NCBI GenBank assembly: GCA_020057085.1
Contig: JAGVGO010000238.1
Coordinates: forward strand, 1,361 to 65,360
DNA length: 64,000 nt
Direction: 5' to 3'
From: Planctomycetota bacterium
Lineage (GTDB): Bacteria; Planctomycetota; Uabimicrobiia; Uabimicrobiales; JABWCH01
Under the pieces are notes generated by a model, which saw only the letters and a program-made list of their open reading frames with translations, made no database searches and was not told where the DNA came from. The translations under genes were made by a program, and so were the position numbers. Numbering within the stretch: position 1 is the stretch's first letter; the number at the start of each line of letters is the position of its first letter. This document shows, piece by piece, positions 53,957 to 63,189 of the stretch.

Positions 53957-56900
53957 ATGGATACTTCCCAAGATAAATTCGGTTCCCGGGCGCAGCCATT
54001 GGCAAACGCGAAAGCTTCACCGCCGCTTCAAGCCAAAACCCCGCCACAGTTATTGCAGGATATCACCATACTCGCACAGGAACACGTGGAGGTGAGTGCA
54101 CCCACCGTTCAGGTGAATCAGGCCGATGCCCAACTTTGCAAAAGCGCTACCGTGATTGTGAAAACTGTAGAAGAACCGGCCGACAGCCAGATGTTGCCGG
54201 AACCGGCCGCCGGAGAGAGGCATCTGCAGGAATCGGTCTATCTCTTGGGTAAAAAAATGTTGCGGCGCTACCAGATTCTCGCAGAGCTGGGGCGTGGCGG
54301 TATGGGCGTGGTATATAAAGTCTGTGATCGTGAGTTGAACCGAACCGTGGCGCTCAAGGTGATTCTGGCAGAAGCCGCGGTCAAAGAAGAAAAAAAAGAG
54401 CGATTTTGGCGGGAAGCCAAAGCGACGGCATTACTTCGTCATCCTAACATCGTAACGGTGTACGATATCGGCATCGAGGACGACCGCCCGTTCTTCACGA
54501 TGGAACTGATCTCCGGCGTGTCGTTCCAGCAATACCTGCACCAGGGCAAACACAGTCTGCGTGAGGTCGTGGAGATCGTGCGAAAATGTTGTGAAGCAGT
54601 TGATTATGCTCACAGCCAGGGCATCATTCACCGCGACCTGAAACCGTCCAATATCATGGTCCAGGAGCAGGGCGAACCCAAGGTGATGGATTTCGGCCTG
54701 GCTAAAATTACCACCGCCCATGACGATTTGTCCAAAACAGGCGATGTGATGGGCACCCCGGCTTACATGTCCCCTGAGCAGGCAGCCGGCAGTAAAGAGC
54801 TCGATGCGAGAAGCGATGTCTTCAGTCTGGGTGCTACTTTGTATGAAGCCCTCACCGACAAGCCGCCGTTTAAAGGCGAAACCTATCTCAACACGCTGTA
54901 CCAGGTACAGTACAAAGAGCCGAGCCCGCTGCGTGCCCTGAATGCTCAAATTCCGTTCGAGCTGGAAGCAATCTGCCTCAAGAGCCTGGAAAAAGAACCA
55001 CGAGCGCGCTATGCCAGCGCGGCGGAGATGGCCCATGATCTGCAAAATTTCCTCGACTTCAAGCCGATCAAAGCCAAGCAATTGACCGTTTGGACGCATA
55101 CAAAAAAATTCATCCGGCGCCATCGGTTGCTATTCACCGCCTGCACCATGGTCTTTCTGGCCATCCTGCTCGGCGGCATTTTTTCCTTCTGGCAATGGCG
55201 TCGGGCCGAAAGCCAACGTTTGCTCGCGGAGCAGGCGCGCCGCCTGGCGGAAATCTCCAGAGACGAAGTCAACACGAAGCTGGCTGAAATATATGTCGAC
55301 AAAGCGAAGCTCTCCTTACAGAAGAACTACCTGGGTCATGCTTTGATCCACTACTGGCAGGCTCAGCAATACGCTTTCCTGCCGCAGAGCAGCTTCGGCA
55401 CAATGTATACCTGTCACCATCAGATACCTGAACTGACGGTGTTGCCTGCCCCAAGCATGATCGCAGCTATAGCCTGTTCGCCGCAAGGCGACTGTGTAGC
55501 CGCTGCACTTTGGAGCGGCGACATCCACATCTGGGAAATGGAGACGGGCCGGCAAGTGCGGACTCTGCACGGACACCGCGACGCTGTGCGAGCGGTCTGC
55601 TACTCGCCGGATGGCCGCTATCTGGCCAGCGGCGGCCATGACAAGAGTGTCAGGATCTGGGATATGACCACCGGCAAGGAGGTAATCTCTTTGCTCGGAC
55701 ATACGGGTATGGTGCGCGCCGTGAGCTATGCGCCGGATGGCAAACAATTGGCCAGCGGCAGCCATGACAAGAGCGTCAAGATATGGGATGTGGCCAGCGG
55801 CCAGGAAGTGTTGTCGTTAGCAGGTCACAGTCATTGCGTAATTTCGCTCCAGTACACGCCGGACGGCAAGTGTCTGACCAGTGGCAGCTATGACAAAACC
55901 GTCAAAATTTGGAACGTGAGCAACGGCCAGGAAGTGCGCAGTCTGTCGCGACACAAGAGCTATGTCTTGGCGGTGAGTTATACGCCGGACGGCAGATATC
56001 TGGCCAGCGGCAGCAGTGACCGAACCATCAAAATATGGGAGAACGGCGAAGCCAAAAAAGTGGTGACCTTGCAAGGCCACACCGATTCGGTCAATGCCTT
56101 ATGCTATGCGCCGGGCGGCAGGCATCTGGCCAGCGGCAGCGCCGATAAAACAGTCAAAATATGGGACGCCAGGAGCGGCAGCGAAATTCTGACCCTGTTC
56201 GGACACACCCAGGAAGTGGTGGCCGTGAGTTACACGCCGGACGGACGATATCTGTTGAGCGCCAGCAGTGACAAAACCATCAAGGTCTGGGATCTGAGTA
56301 CCTGCAAAAAATTGCAGCAACGGGCGAGCCAGGCAGAGGTGGTGAATGCTTTGAGCTGGTCGCCCGACAGCAAATACCTGGCCGGCTGCAGCGACAAAGC
56401 CATCAAAATATGGGACGCCAGGAGCGGCCAGGAAGTGCGCTCCTGGCCGGTAACACAGGCCTTCATTTCCCTGACCTGGGCTACTGACAGCACATATCTG
56501 GCAGGCTGCAATGGCAATGTTGTCACAATCTGGGACGCCGGACGTGGCGTGGTGGCCGCTACCCTGAAGGGACACTCGGACGCCGTAACATGTGTTGTCT
56601 ATGCGCCGACCGGCGACCATCTGGCCAGCGCCAGCAAAGACGGCGCCATCAAGATTTGGCAAGTGAGCGACGGCAGAGCTATTGTGACCAGCCATGGCCA
56701 CTTTGTTACCTCCCTGATCTATTCTCCCGACGGACGTTATCTCGCCGGCAGCGCGGAGTCCGACATCATCCTCTGGGAGTTGAGCATCGGGCAAACGCTT
56801 CCCCAGTTGCGGAAATATCGCGTCTTGAAAGGGCACGTCAACACAGTCTCTGCCCTGGCGTACACAATGGATGGAAAACATCTGGCCAGCGGCAGTTGGG

Positions 56901-57415
56901 ACAATGTCATCAAGATATGGGAAGTGAAGAGCGGCGAGGAGCTACAGATTTTGCGCGGCCACGAGGCGTTTGTCATTTCGCTTTCTTATGCTCCTGATGG
57001 CGATTATCTGGTCAGTTTGAGCAGCGACGGCACCGCTAAAATCTGGGCCACCACCGGAGCCGAAGTGCAAACTCTAGCCGGCCATGACGCCTCGGTCGCT
57101 GCGCTCATTTTTTCCCCAAACGGCAGGTATCTGGCCAGCGGCGACAACGACGGTTCGGCCAGGATCTGGGAAACGGGGTTGTGGGCGAATGCCGACCAGT
57201 TGACCGAGCGCGTGCGAAATTATGTGGAGTATGCCATCAGTTATGGTCTGGATATCAATGAGGCACTGTTGCCGAAAGGTCTGTTGCAACGCGCCAGAAA
57301 CAAACGGGAAGCCGCCCGCCAAGGTAAAATCGGGTATTACCCCGACGGCGGCAAAAAATATGTCGAGCTGTTCGCCAACGAGTATGACAACATCTTGCGC
57401 TGCGGCATCAAATAG
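53957..57415 (+). CDS. Ser/Thr protein kinase with TM helix and about 14 WD40 repeats (PkwA-like)
   Basis: Start chosen at the ATG at 53957 (MDTSQD), because the upstream part of the track ORF overlaps the divergent gene. LGRGGMGVVYKV, VALKVI, HRDLKPSNIM, DFGLAK, AYMSPEQ. TM LLFTACTMVFLAILLGGIF. Then repeated GH..V..V.YSPDGRYLASGS.DKT(I/V)KIWD units. Confidence 0.9.
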   Translation: MDTSQDKFGSRAQPLANAKASPPLQAKTPPQLLQDITILAQEHVEVSAPTVQVNQADAQLCKSATVIVKTVEEPADSQMLPEPAAGERHLQESVYLLGKKMLRRYQILAELGRGGMGVVYKVCDRELNRTVALKVILAEAAVKEEKKERFWREAKATALLRHPNIVTVYDIGIEDDRPFFTMELISGVSFQQYLHQGKHSLREVVEIVRKCCEAVDYAHSQGIIHRDLKPSNIMVQEQGEPKVMDFGLAKITTAHDDLSKTGDVMGTPAYMSPEQAAGSKELDARSDVFSLGATLYEALTDKPPFKGETYLNTLYQVQYKEPSPLRALNAQIPFELEAICLKSLEKEPRARYASAAEMAHDLQNFLDFKPIKAKQLTVWTHTKKFIRRHRLLFTACTMVFLAILLGGIFSFWQWRRAESQRLLAEQARRLAEISRDEVNTKLAEIYVDKAKLSLQKNYLGHALIHYWQAQQYAFLPQSSFGTMYTCHHQIPELTVLPAPSMIAAIACSPQGDCVAAALWSGDIHIWEMETGRQVRTLHGHRDAVRAVCYSPDGRYLASGGHDKSVRIWDMTTGKEVISLLGHTGMVRAVSYAPDGKQLASGSHDKSVKIWDVASGQEVLSLAGHSHCVISLQYTPDGKCLTSGSYDKTVKIWNVSNGQEVRSLSRHKSYVLAVSYTPDGRYLASGSSDRTIKIWENGEAKKVVTLQGHTDSVNALCYAPGGRHLASGSADKTVKIWDARSGSEILTLFGHTQEVVAVSYTPDGRYLLSASSDKTIKVWDLSTCKKLQQRASQAEVVNALSWSPDSKYLAGCSDKAIKIWDARSGQEVRSWPVTQAFISLTWATDSTYLAGCNGNVVTIWDAGRGVVAATLKGHSDAVTCVVYAPTGDHLASASKDGAIKIWQVSDGRAIVTSHGHFVTSLIYSPDGRYLAGSAESDIILWELSIGQTLPQLRKYRVLKGHVNTVSALAYTMDGKHLASGSWDNVIKIWEVKSGEELQILRGHEAFVISLSYAPDGDYLVSLSSDGTAKIWATTGAEVQTLAGHDASVAALIFSPNGRYLASGDNDGSARIWETGLWANADQLTERVRNYVEYAISYGLDINEALLPKGLLQRARNKREAARQGKIGYYPDGGKKYVELFANEYDNILRCGIK

Positions 57416-57463
57416 CGAGGATCGAGCCTGCATGCAGGCCGAAACAATAGCGGCAGCGAAAAT

Positions 57464-60223
57464 TTACCAGATATATGAACGGCTAGCCTCACGGTAGCGC
57501 TGCCGCCAGGCGCGTGCCTCACGCAGCCTGAGCATCTGTTCTTCAAGGCCAGGTTTTCCCTGGTGCTGCAACAACAGCGCATCCAGTTGAACGTTGAGCC
57601 GCCGCTCCAGTTCCAATTCGCAACGTGCGTCGGGTTTGCCTGTTGCCTGCCGTTTTTCCACCTCGGCCAAGAGGTCACTCATACTCCACTGGTGCGGATT
57701 TAACAGGTGTTCCGGGTTACACATAGCCTGAATCAGGCGTTGTAGTGCTCGCCGGTTCTTGCTGGTGGCATCGCGCAGATCGCTGGCCGTTACCGTACCG
57801 CTTGTGCCGACACGCGCCAGGATGGCTTCTTCATAGTCCATCGTCTGCCACAATATGCCCTGTTCTTCGCCGCCCGAACGGTTCCCATGTTCGGCGGCCA
57901 ATTTTTCCCTGAGCAGCATTGTCATGCGCTGGTAGCCACGCAGCATATCAACATACATGCGTTCCAGCTCGGCACGTGAATAGCGCATACAAAAAGCGAT
58001 GACAAACCAATCTTTCCAGCCACTAAAAAAACCGGCAGGGTTGGGGACAAAGCTCATGAAAAAATCTTTTCCCGATTTCTGCACCAGGCCCATCACTTCG
58101 CCTGTGGTAAGAAAATCGAGGTCGCGTTTCATCTCGTCCAGGTGGCCGCGCGCATCAATGGCCAGCTTGAGTGGAAAGCTCGGCGCGATGAGTTCCTGCC
58201 ACTCTTTCTGCATGGAAGATGGCAGTTGCCGGGCGTGCTGTTCGAGATTGAAGCCGGCAAAGAAAAACAGGCGCGACAGACGGATGCGGCCGACCATGAG
58301 GTCTTCAAGCACGCTTTGCACTTGGCTTTGCTTAAGCTCGCGTTTGAGGCGACGCTGGATCGTCTTCATCATTTTCCAGGTGCGGAAAATACTGCCGATG
58401 TAACTGGCAAGCGCCTCCAGCACGATGTCAACGGCATTGGCCAAAAGAATGAACTTGAGGCCGATGGTGGCTTGCATGGCGCGCAGGAACAACACCGACT
58501 GAGCGGCGGCACGCTCGACCGAGCCAGGCCGTCCGGCATCGTCGCCGAGCAGGAGTTCGAACCACGGCATGCCGCTCGCCTTTGATTTTTCTAAAATCCG
58601 GCGACGCAGATTCCTGAGAGCATCCCATGCCAGCTTGGGCAAGAGGATAAATTTGTAGAGCACGACCACCACGCCACGGCCGACGTAGAACACACCCTTG
58701 CCCACGTACCAGATGCCGAGAAACGGCAGCAACAAGAGGCGAAATGGCAGCAGCCACGGATGCGCGAGTCTGGCCCTGGGTGCCATCCTCAAATCTCGCG
58801 GCATAAGATTCAAAGCTTGCGAAGGCGGTTCGGCCAATTTTTTTTTGCCGGCGGTTACCGTAGTCGGAGCCACTCCGCCGGCGCGCGTTATCGTGACACG
58901 GTCCTTGGCCACCTCTTCCTCGGCTTTGCGCTCTTCCGCCTCTTTGGCGAGTTTGGCCGGAGCACGACGCTCTCCCTCTTTCTGCAACTCTGAAGCACGA
59001 CGTTTGTCTTCCTCTGCCGGCAGCTCCTCTTTCTCCAGTAACATTTCTGCCTCTGCCGCACCAAACGATATTTCGCCGCCTTCTGGCGACACAGCCGTGC
59101 CAGCCCCGGCGCCGCCAACCTCGCGTTCACCGGCGCCGATTTTACTAGGTCGCCGGGCATCGTCCGTCTTGCCTCCCTTGGGCGCCTTTGCCGCTTTGTC
59201 AGGCATTGCCATCAGTCCGGTGCCGTCGTCCACAGGTGCTTGCTGCCGCTGTGCCTGTTCTTCGTCGCGGCGCGCTTCGGGCTTTTTCTCTTTCTTTTTT
59301 TCGGCTACGGCTATGCGCTCGGTCGTGACTGTCGTTGGTTTGGCTTCGGGCGGCAGCATGCCGCCTAGCACCGGCGGCATGGGGGCACGTGCCGGTTTGG
59401 CTGGCTCGACAGCCCCGGCTGGCGCCGCAGGCGCAGGGGGCGCTTCTTTCTTGAACGAAATGCCCCTGGCTAACTCTTGTTGCGGCTCAGGGCGCGACAC
59501 AGGTTTTGGTGATGGTTTGGCCGGCGGCGAAGCACGCCGTTTCTTGTCCACTTCCGGTTCGCCGAGGATGATTTCGCGTGGCTTTTCCTCTTTTGCTTGC
59601 ACAGCAATTTTGGGCGGTGCAGCCGCGCCAGGCGCAGGACAGACCGGAGCGGGTGGAGGCGCTGGAGCTGCCGGTTTTTTCTGGAGCAGTGACACCAGGC
59701 TACGCAGATAGGCAAGTGCCTCGGCGGCGGTCGGGAAGATGCGAAAAACATTGTTGATTCCCGACTCGTCGAGCATGGCGAGCATGTCCGGTTCGTCTGT
59801 CACCAGCACTACCACGTCATTCGCTCGCTCAAATTCGGAGAGGATGCCGATGAGAAAAGAGAGATCTGCGGCGGCGACGGCAAACGCCTGGCTCAGGTCG
59901 AGAACCACGTGGCATATTTTCTTTTCCAGAGAAGACAAGGCTTCCTGCATGATGCCGCCGGCATTTTGTCGAGTGATCAGGCCGCGCACATGTATGATAG
60001 CTACCTGGTGTGACTCGTACAGCGTGTCTACCTCGCTCGTCACTTCTGTGATGTCATGGCGCATCGCCAGGGCAATCCATCGCTCCATAGCGGCGGGATC
60101 CTTCTGCCAGGCGGCGTAGCGGAATGGCCACTTGCGCAACAATAAATCTTTCATCCGCGCTGTCTGTCGTTTGAGCAGCGAACTGGGTTCTTGCGAGTTG
60201 GGGGAAAGCAGCGAATCGCTCAT
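57464..60223 (-). CDS. STAS-domain protein with long Pro/Ala-rich region, membrane segment and unknown C-terminal domain
   Basis: 919-aa ORF with AAGGAA RBS. STAS-like VAIIHVRGLITRQNAGGIMQEALSSLEKKICHVVLDLSQAFAVAAADLSFLIGIL...VVVLVTDEPDMLAMLDESGINNVFRIFPTAAEALAYL. About 280 aa of P/A/K/E-rich low complexity. Hydrophobic helices (WLLPFRLLLLPFLGIWYVG; IGLKFILLANAVDIVLEAL). Confidence 0.75.
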   Translation of the reverse strand: MSDSLLSPNSQEPSSLLKRQTARMKDLLLRKWPFRYAAWQKDPAAMERWIALAMRHDITEVTSEVDTLYESHQVAIIHVRGLITRQNAGGIMQEALSSLEKKICHVVLDLSQAFAVAAADLSFLIGILSEFERANDVVVLVTDEPDMLAMLDESGINNVFRIFPTAAEALAYLRSLVSLLQKKPAAPAPPPAPVCPAPGAAAPPKIAVQAKEEKPREIILGEPEVDKKRRASPPAKPSPKPVSRPEPQQELARGISFKKEAPPAPAAPAGAVEPAKPARAPMPPVLGGMLPPEAKPTTVTTERIAVAEKKKEKKPEARRDEEQAQRQQAPVDDGTGLMAMPDKAAKAPKGGKTDDARRPSKIGAGEREVGGAGAGTAVSPEGGEISFGAAEAEMLLEKEELPAEEDKRRASELQKEGERRAPAKLAKEAEERKAEEEVAKDRVTITRAGGVAPTTVTAGKKKLAEPPSQALNLMPRDLRMAPRARLAHPWLLPFRLLLLPFLGIWYVGKGVFYVGRGVVVVLYKFILLPKLAWDALRNLRRRILEKSKASGMPWFELLLGDDAGRPGSVERAAAQSVLFLRAMQATIGLKFILLANAVDIVLEALASYIGSIFRTWKMMKTIQRRLKRELKQSQVQSVLEDLMVGRIRLSRLFFFAGFNLEQHARQLPSSMQKEWQELIAPSFPLKLAIDARGHLDEMKRDLDFLTTGEVMGLVQKSGKDFFMSFVPNPAGFFSGWKDWFVIAFCMRYSRAELERMYVDMLRGYQRMTMLLREKLAAEHGNRSGGEEQGILWQTMDYEEAILARVGTSGTVTASDLRDATSKNRRALQRLIQAMCNPEHLLNPHQWSMSDLLAEVEKRQATGKPDARCELELERRLNVQLDALLLQHQGKPGLEEQMLRLREARAWRQRYREASRSYIW

Positions 60224-60235
60224 AAAATTCCTTCT

Positions 60236-61501
60236 TTATCTTTTTTTCTTCTCCGGCAGCAGTTGTGTCAGATGCAACACGCTCAGCACACCAAGGCACA
60301 CCACTACGGTAAACCAGAACAGCCCGTAAGGGTAAACGGCACGCTTGTACCAGTAGGCATTGCTCAACGCTGGCAAAATGAGGAGCCCGCCTCCCAAACC
60401 AGAGAAAAGATGGATTGCCTCCCACTTCGTCAGCCGTTCTCTGGGCGCGGCTACTGGCATACGTGTCGCGCGTGTCTTGCCGATAGGCTCCCGCGATATC
60501 TTGTGCTCCTGTGTGCGCGCAAGCGAACTGGAGCCGCTGCGCGTAGGGATGCGATGTTCTTGGGTCTTGGCGAGTGTTGTCTTGTTGACGCGGCCACTGC
60601 TCGCAGTGCTCACCCGTTTGCTACCGCCGGGGCTGGGGACCGGCATACGCTTGGTGGTGCCGGACGTACTCTGTTTCACTGGCGCGGCACGGCTTGGTGC
60701 CGGACGCAGTGTAGCCGCAGCGATGATGTTGCTGCTATGCGGGTAAATCTTTCGATAAAGGTGAAATTTCAGGAGCAGGCAGAGAATCAGGAGAGCGATG
60801 CCGATTTCCAGGTACAGGCGACTTTTCTCATCTTGCCACAGCGAGGCCCACGGACGCACACAGTACTCTTCTTTGATCGAGAAGCTGCCGAACAACGGAC
60901 TGATGAGCGCGGTAGGCCGCTCGTATACATCCTGGTATCGCTCCGGCCACCATTCAGCCGGCTTGAAAGCCCAGCGCGAATGGTAGAGGAACAAGCCGAG
61001 CAGACAGCCGATGAAAAGTGTGGCAGCAATCTGCAAAAAACGGCTGCGTCGTCTGTGGCTGCGCCAGAAACTGCGAAGTTCATCGCTGTAGAGTGCGCCT
61101 TTGATGACCAGGAGAAACGCCACGAACGTCATCGCCATCCACGGTTCCGGATAATCGTAGCGATCAATCTGGAACAGGCTTTGTACCAATGGTGCCAGAT
61201 AGAGGCCACACACCACGCCGACCAATGTTGTGCAGGTTTCCTGGCACAAGATCAGTGGCCGCGGAGGTATGTCGTGTCGCCGCTTCTTGCCGGCTGGGTG
61301 CCAGGTAGTCACTCCCATGTAGAGCATGCTTTTCACTACGAATCCGGCCGATACGAGTGCGGCAATCGCCAACAGGACAAGACTCGCTTCCTGGCACGCG
61401 CGCGCGGTGAAGATAGTGGTGACGCCTGTAGCAATTGTCAACATCGAGATTTCATGTACGTAGAGATCACGGTCCACAGCAGTTGAGGACGGCGTGGTCA
61501 T
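60236..61501 (-). CDS. Polytopic membrane protein with Ser/Thr/Arg-rich loop, function unknown
   Basis: 421-aa ORF with AAGGAG RBS and multiple hydrophobic helices. The loop RPAPSRAAPVKQSTSGTTKRMPVPSPGGSKRVSTASSGRVNKTTLAKTQEHRIPTRSGSSSLARTQEHKISREPIGKTRATR contains an internal repeat (LA[KR]TQEH[RK]I). The 431-aa plus-strand antisense ORF was rejected. Confidence 0.75.
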   Translation of the reverse strand: MTTPSSTAVDRDLYVHEISMLTIATGVTTIFTARACQEASLVLLAIAALVSAGFVVKSMLYMGVTTWHPAGKKRRHDIPPRPLILCQETCTTLVGVVCGLYLAPLVQSLFQIDRYDYPEPWMAMTFVAFLLVIKGALYSDELRSFWRSHRRRSRFLQIAATLFIGCLLGLFLYHSRWAFKPAEWWPERYQDVYERPTALISPLFGSFSIKEEYCVRPWASLWQDEKSRLYLEIGIALLILCLLLKFHLYRKIYPHSSNIIAAATLRPAPSRAAPVKQSTSGTTKRMPVPSPGGSKRVSTASSGRVNKTTLAKTQEHRIPTRSGSSSLARTQEHKISREPIGKTRATRMPVAAPRERLTKWEAIHLFSGLGGGLLILPALSNAYWYKRAVYPYGLFWFTVVVCLGVLSVLHLTQLLPEKKKR

Positions 61502-61512
61502 TGAGTTCTCCT

Positions 61513-63033
61513 TTATTTATTGTCTGCCGTGCCGACAACGAAGGGCAGCGCCACTACCTTGATTTCACCTTGGCGACAGGCTTCCCGTAGTGCCATTACA
61601 TCATCGGAGTGGAATTTTTTGCCGGCCAGTTCCTTGAGCTCTTTGAGTGCTTCCTTGAGTTCGAGCGGGTTGCCGTTTGGCCGTTTGTCAGTGAGCAGAT
61701 GGTCGAAATAGTTGGCCAAGCCTACGATGCGGGCGACTATCGGAATGTGCTCCTCCTTGAGTCCTTCTGGGAAACCGCTACCGTCATGGTATTCATGGTG
61801 GTATTTCACCGCGGGTAATATATCTTCCATGCCTTCCATCTCAAATAGTATCTTTTCGCCGGCCGTGACATGTTCCTGGTAAATTTTCTTTTGTTCCTCG
61901 GGGTTCTTCACCGCACTTCTGCTGATTACTTTGCCAACATCGTGGAGATAGCCGCCGAGCTGGCACAGGTAAGTTTTTTGCGGCGACATCGCTTTTTCCT
62001 GGGCAATGGCGCCGGCGTAGCTCGCCACTCGCATAGAGTGTCCGCGCGTTTCGGGCAGAGCCAGCTCCATGGCGGTAACGAGCGAGCGCATCATATTCAT
62101 AAGCAACCGCGATTGCTTGCGATGCGAGCGCAGATTGTCTATGGCGATGGCGGTAAGGCAGGCGATGCCGTTTACGAACTCAAGATCTTGCTGAGTGAAT
62201 AACTGCACCACACTACTGCCGCCGACATAGATGGCGCCCATCACCTGCTGCCGTGAAGTGAGAGGTGCGCAGATCACAGCCTTGATCTTACGGCGGACAA
62301 TGCTGAGATTGTCGCGGAAACGTGTGTCGGCAGACGCATCGGTGGTGATGACCGCACGGTTGCTTTTGAGTACGCGCCGGATGATGCCACGCGATACCGG
62401 AGCGATCTTCACTTTTTCGCGCTCAAAAATGGCTTTGGGCGAAAGATCGCCATGCTTGTCTTTGAGGAAGATGTAGATGTTGTCTGGCGCCATTGCATCG
62501 GAAATATGTTTTAACGCTACCTGTAACACATGTTCATATTCCTTGGCATCGGCAATGATTTCGCTGAAGCTGTGCAATGACGAGAGGTGGCGTGCTGCCG
62601 TTTCGCCCGAATATTTGTTGCTTTTGTTGCCCTTGCCTCCCTTCTCCGCCACTTCTGCTTCTTCCACGACTTCGGGTGTCTCTTCGCCACCTTCGCCGCT
62701 TTCATCCTCGTCGTATTGGATCGGCCGGCCAGAATTTTTGCCAGCGATGGCTTCTTCGAGTTTGAGTTCGACGCTGCCGATTTTTATTTTGTCACCGGCG
62801 TCGAGGATTTCCTCATGGACGCGCTTGTTGTTGAGGAAAGTGCCATGCTGTGTCTTGAGGTCGCGAATAAAACACATGTCGCCCAGGGTAAAGAACACGG
62901 CGTGCCGTTGTTCCACTTCGGTATCCTTGATCTGGATATGATTACCGTCTTCGCGTCCGATATAAATTTCATCCTTGCTGATGGGGAATACTTTGTCTTT
63001 CAAGGGACCGTTGAGGATTTTTAAGTTCAGCAT
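61513..63033 (-). CDS. FHA-GAF-HD-GYP protein (putative phospho-Thr-responsive c-di-GMP phosphodiesterase)
   Basis: Start moved to the ATG at 63033 (MLNLKIL), preceded by AGGAGCGAAGGA. FHA: IYIGREDGNHIQIKDTEVEQRHAVF...IRDLKTQHGTFLNNKRV. GAF core: IYIFLKD...AVICAPLTSRQQVMGAIYV. HD-GYP: GHSMRVASYA...GGYLHDVGKV...YHHEYHDGSGFPEGL. Confidence 0.85.
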   Translation of the reverse strand: MLNLKILNGPLKDKVFPISKDEIYIGREDGNHIQIKDTEVEQRHAVFFTLGDMCFIRDLKTQHGTFLNNKRVHEEILDAGDKIKIGSVELKLEEAIAGKNSGRPIQYDEDESGEGGEETPEVVEEAEVAEKGGKGNKSNKYSGETAARHLSSLHSFSEIIADAKEYEHVLQVALKHISDAMAPDNIYIFLKDKHGDLSPKAIFEREKVKIAPVSRGIIRRVLKSNRAVITTDASADTRFRDNLSIVRRKIKAVICAPLTSRQQVMGAIYVGGSSVVQLFTQQDLEFVNGIACLTAIAIDNLRSHRKQSRLLMNMMRSLVTAMELALPETRGHSMRVASYAGAIAQEKAMSPQKTYLCQLGGYLHDVGKVISRSAVKNPEEQKKIYQEHVTAGEKILFEMEGMEDILPAVKYHHEYHDGSGFPEGLKEEHIPIVARIVGLANYFDHLLTDKRPNGNPLELKEALKELKELAGKKFHSDDVMALREACRQGEIKVVALPFVVGTADNK

Positions 63034-63109
63034 TCCTTCGCTCCTAAGTCGCTTTTTTTTACAGATACTAATTGACAATGGGTTGTCGTTTCAGATGCCA
63101 GGATTTGGA

Positions 63110-63138
63110 TTTACAAAACCGTTTTCTTATAGTACAAT
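63110..63138 (+). promoter_or_regulatory. Sigma70-like promoter candidate overlapping a 10-bp inverted repeat
   Basis: TTTACA (63110-63115), a 17-nt spacer, then TACAAT (63133-63138). The -10 box lies inside AGTACAATTT (63131-63140), whose perfect reverse complement AAATTGTACT is at 63162-63171. Confidence 0.5.
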
Positions 63139-63189
63139 TTTTTTCTGCAAATTACAATCTGAAATTGTACTGTCTACAGGAACTCAACT

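Noticed and set aside
57426-57439. Palindrome GCCTGCATGCAGGC between the convergent genes 53957..57415 and 57464..60223, considered as a bidirectional terminator
   Set aside because: It gives only a 5-bp stem with a 4-nt loop when folded, and there is no flanking T or A tract.
58698-59711. 337-aa plus-strand ORF antisense to the Pro/Ala-rich region of the STAS protein
   Set aside because: GC-rich low-complexity DNA is open in several frames. The Ser/Ala/Gly-rich translation has no start signal and lies inside a gene with a good RBS and a STAS domain.
60191-61486. 431-aa plus-strand ORF almost exactly antisense to 60236..61501
   Set aside because: Its translation is Arg/His/Gln/Cys-rich with no hydrophobic helices and no RBS. 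The minus-strand frame has an AAGGAG RBS, clear TM helices and operon context.
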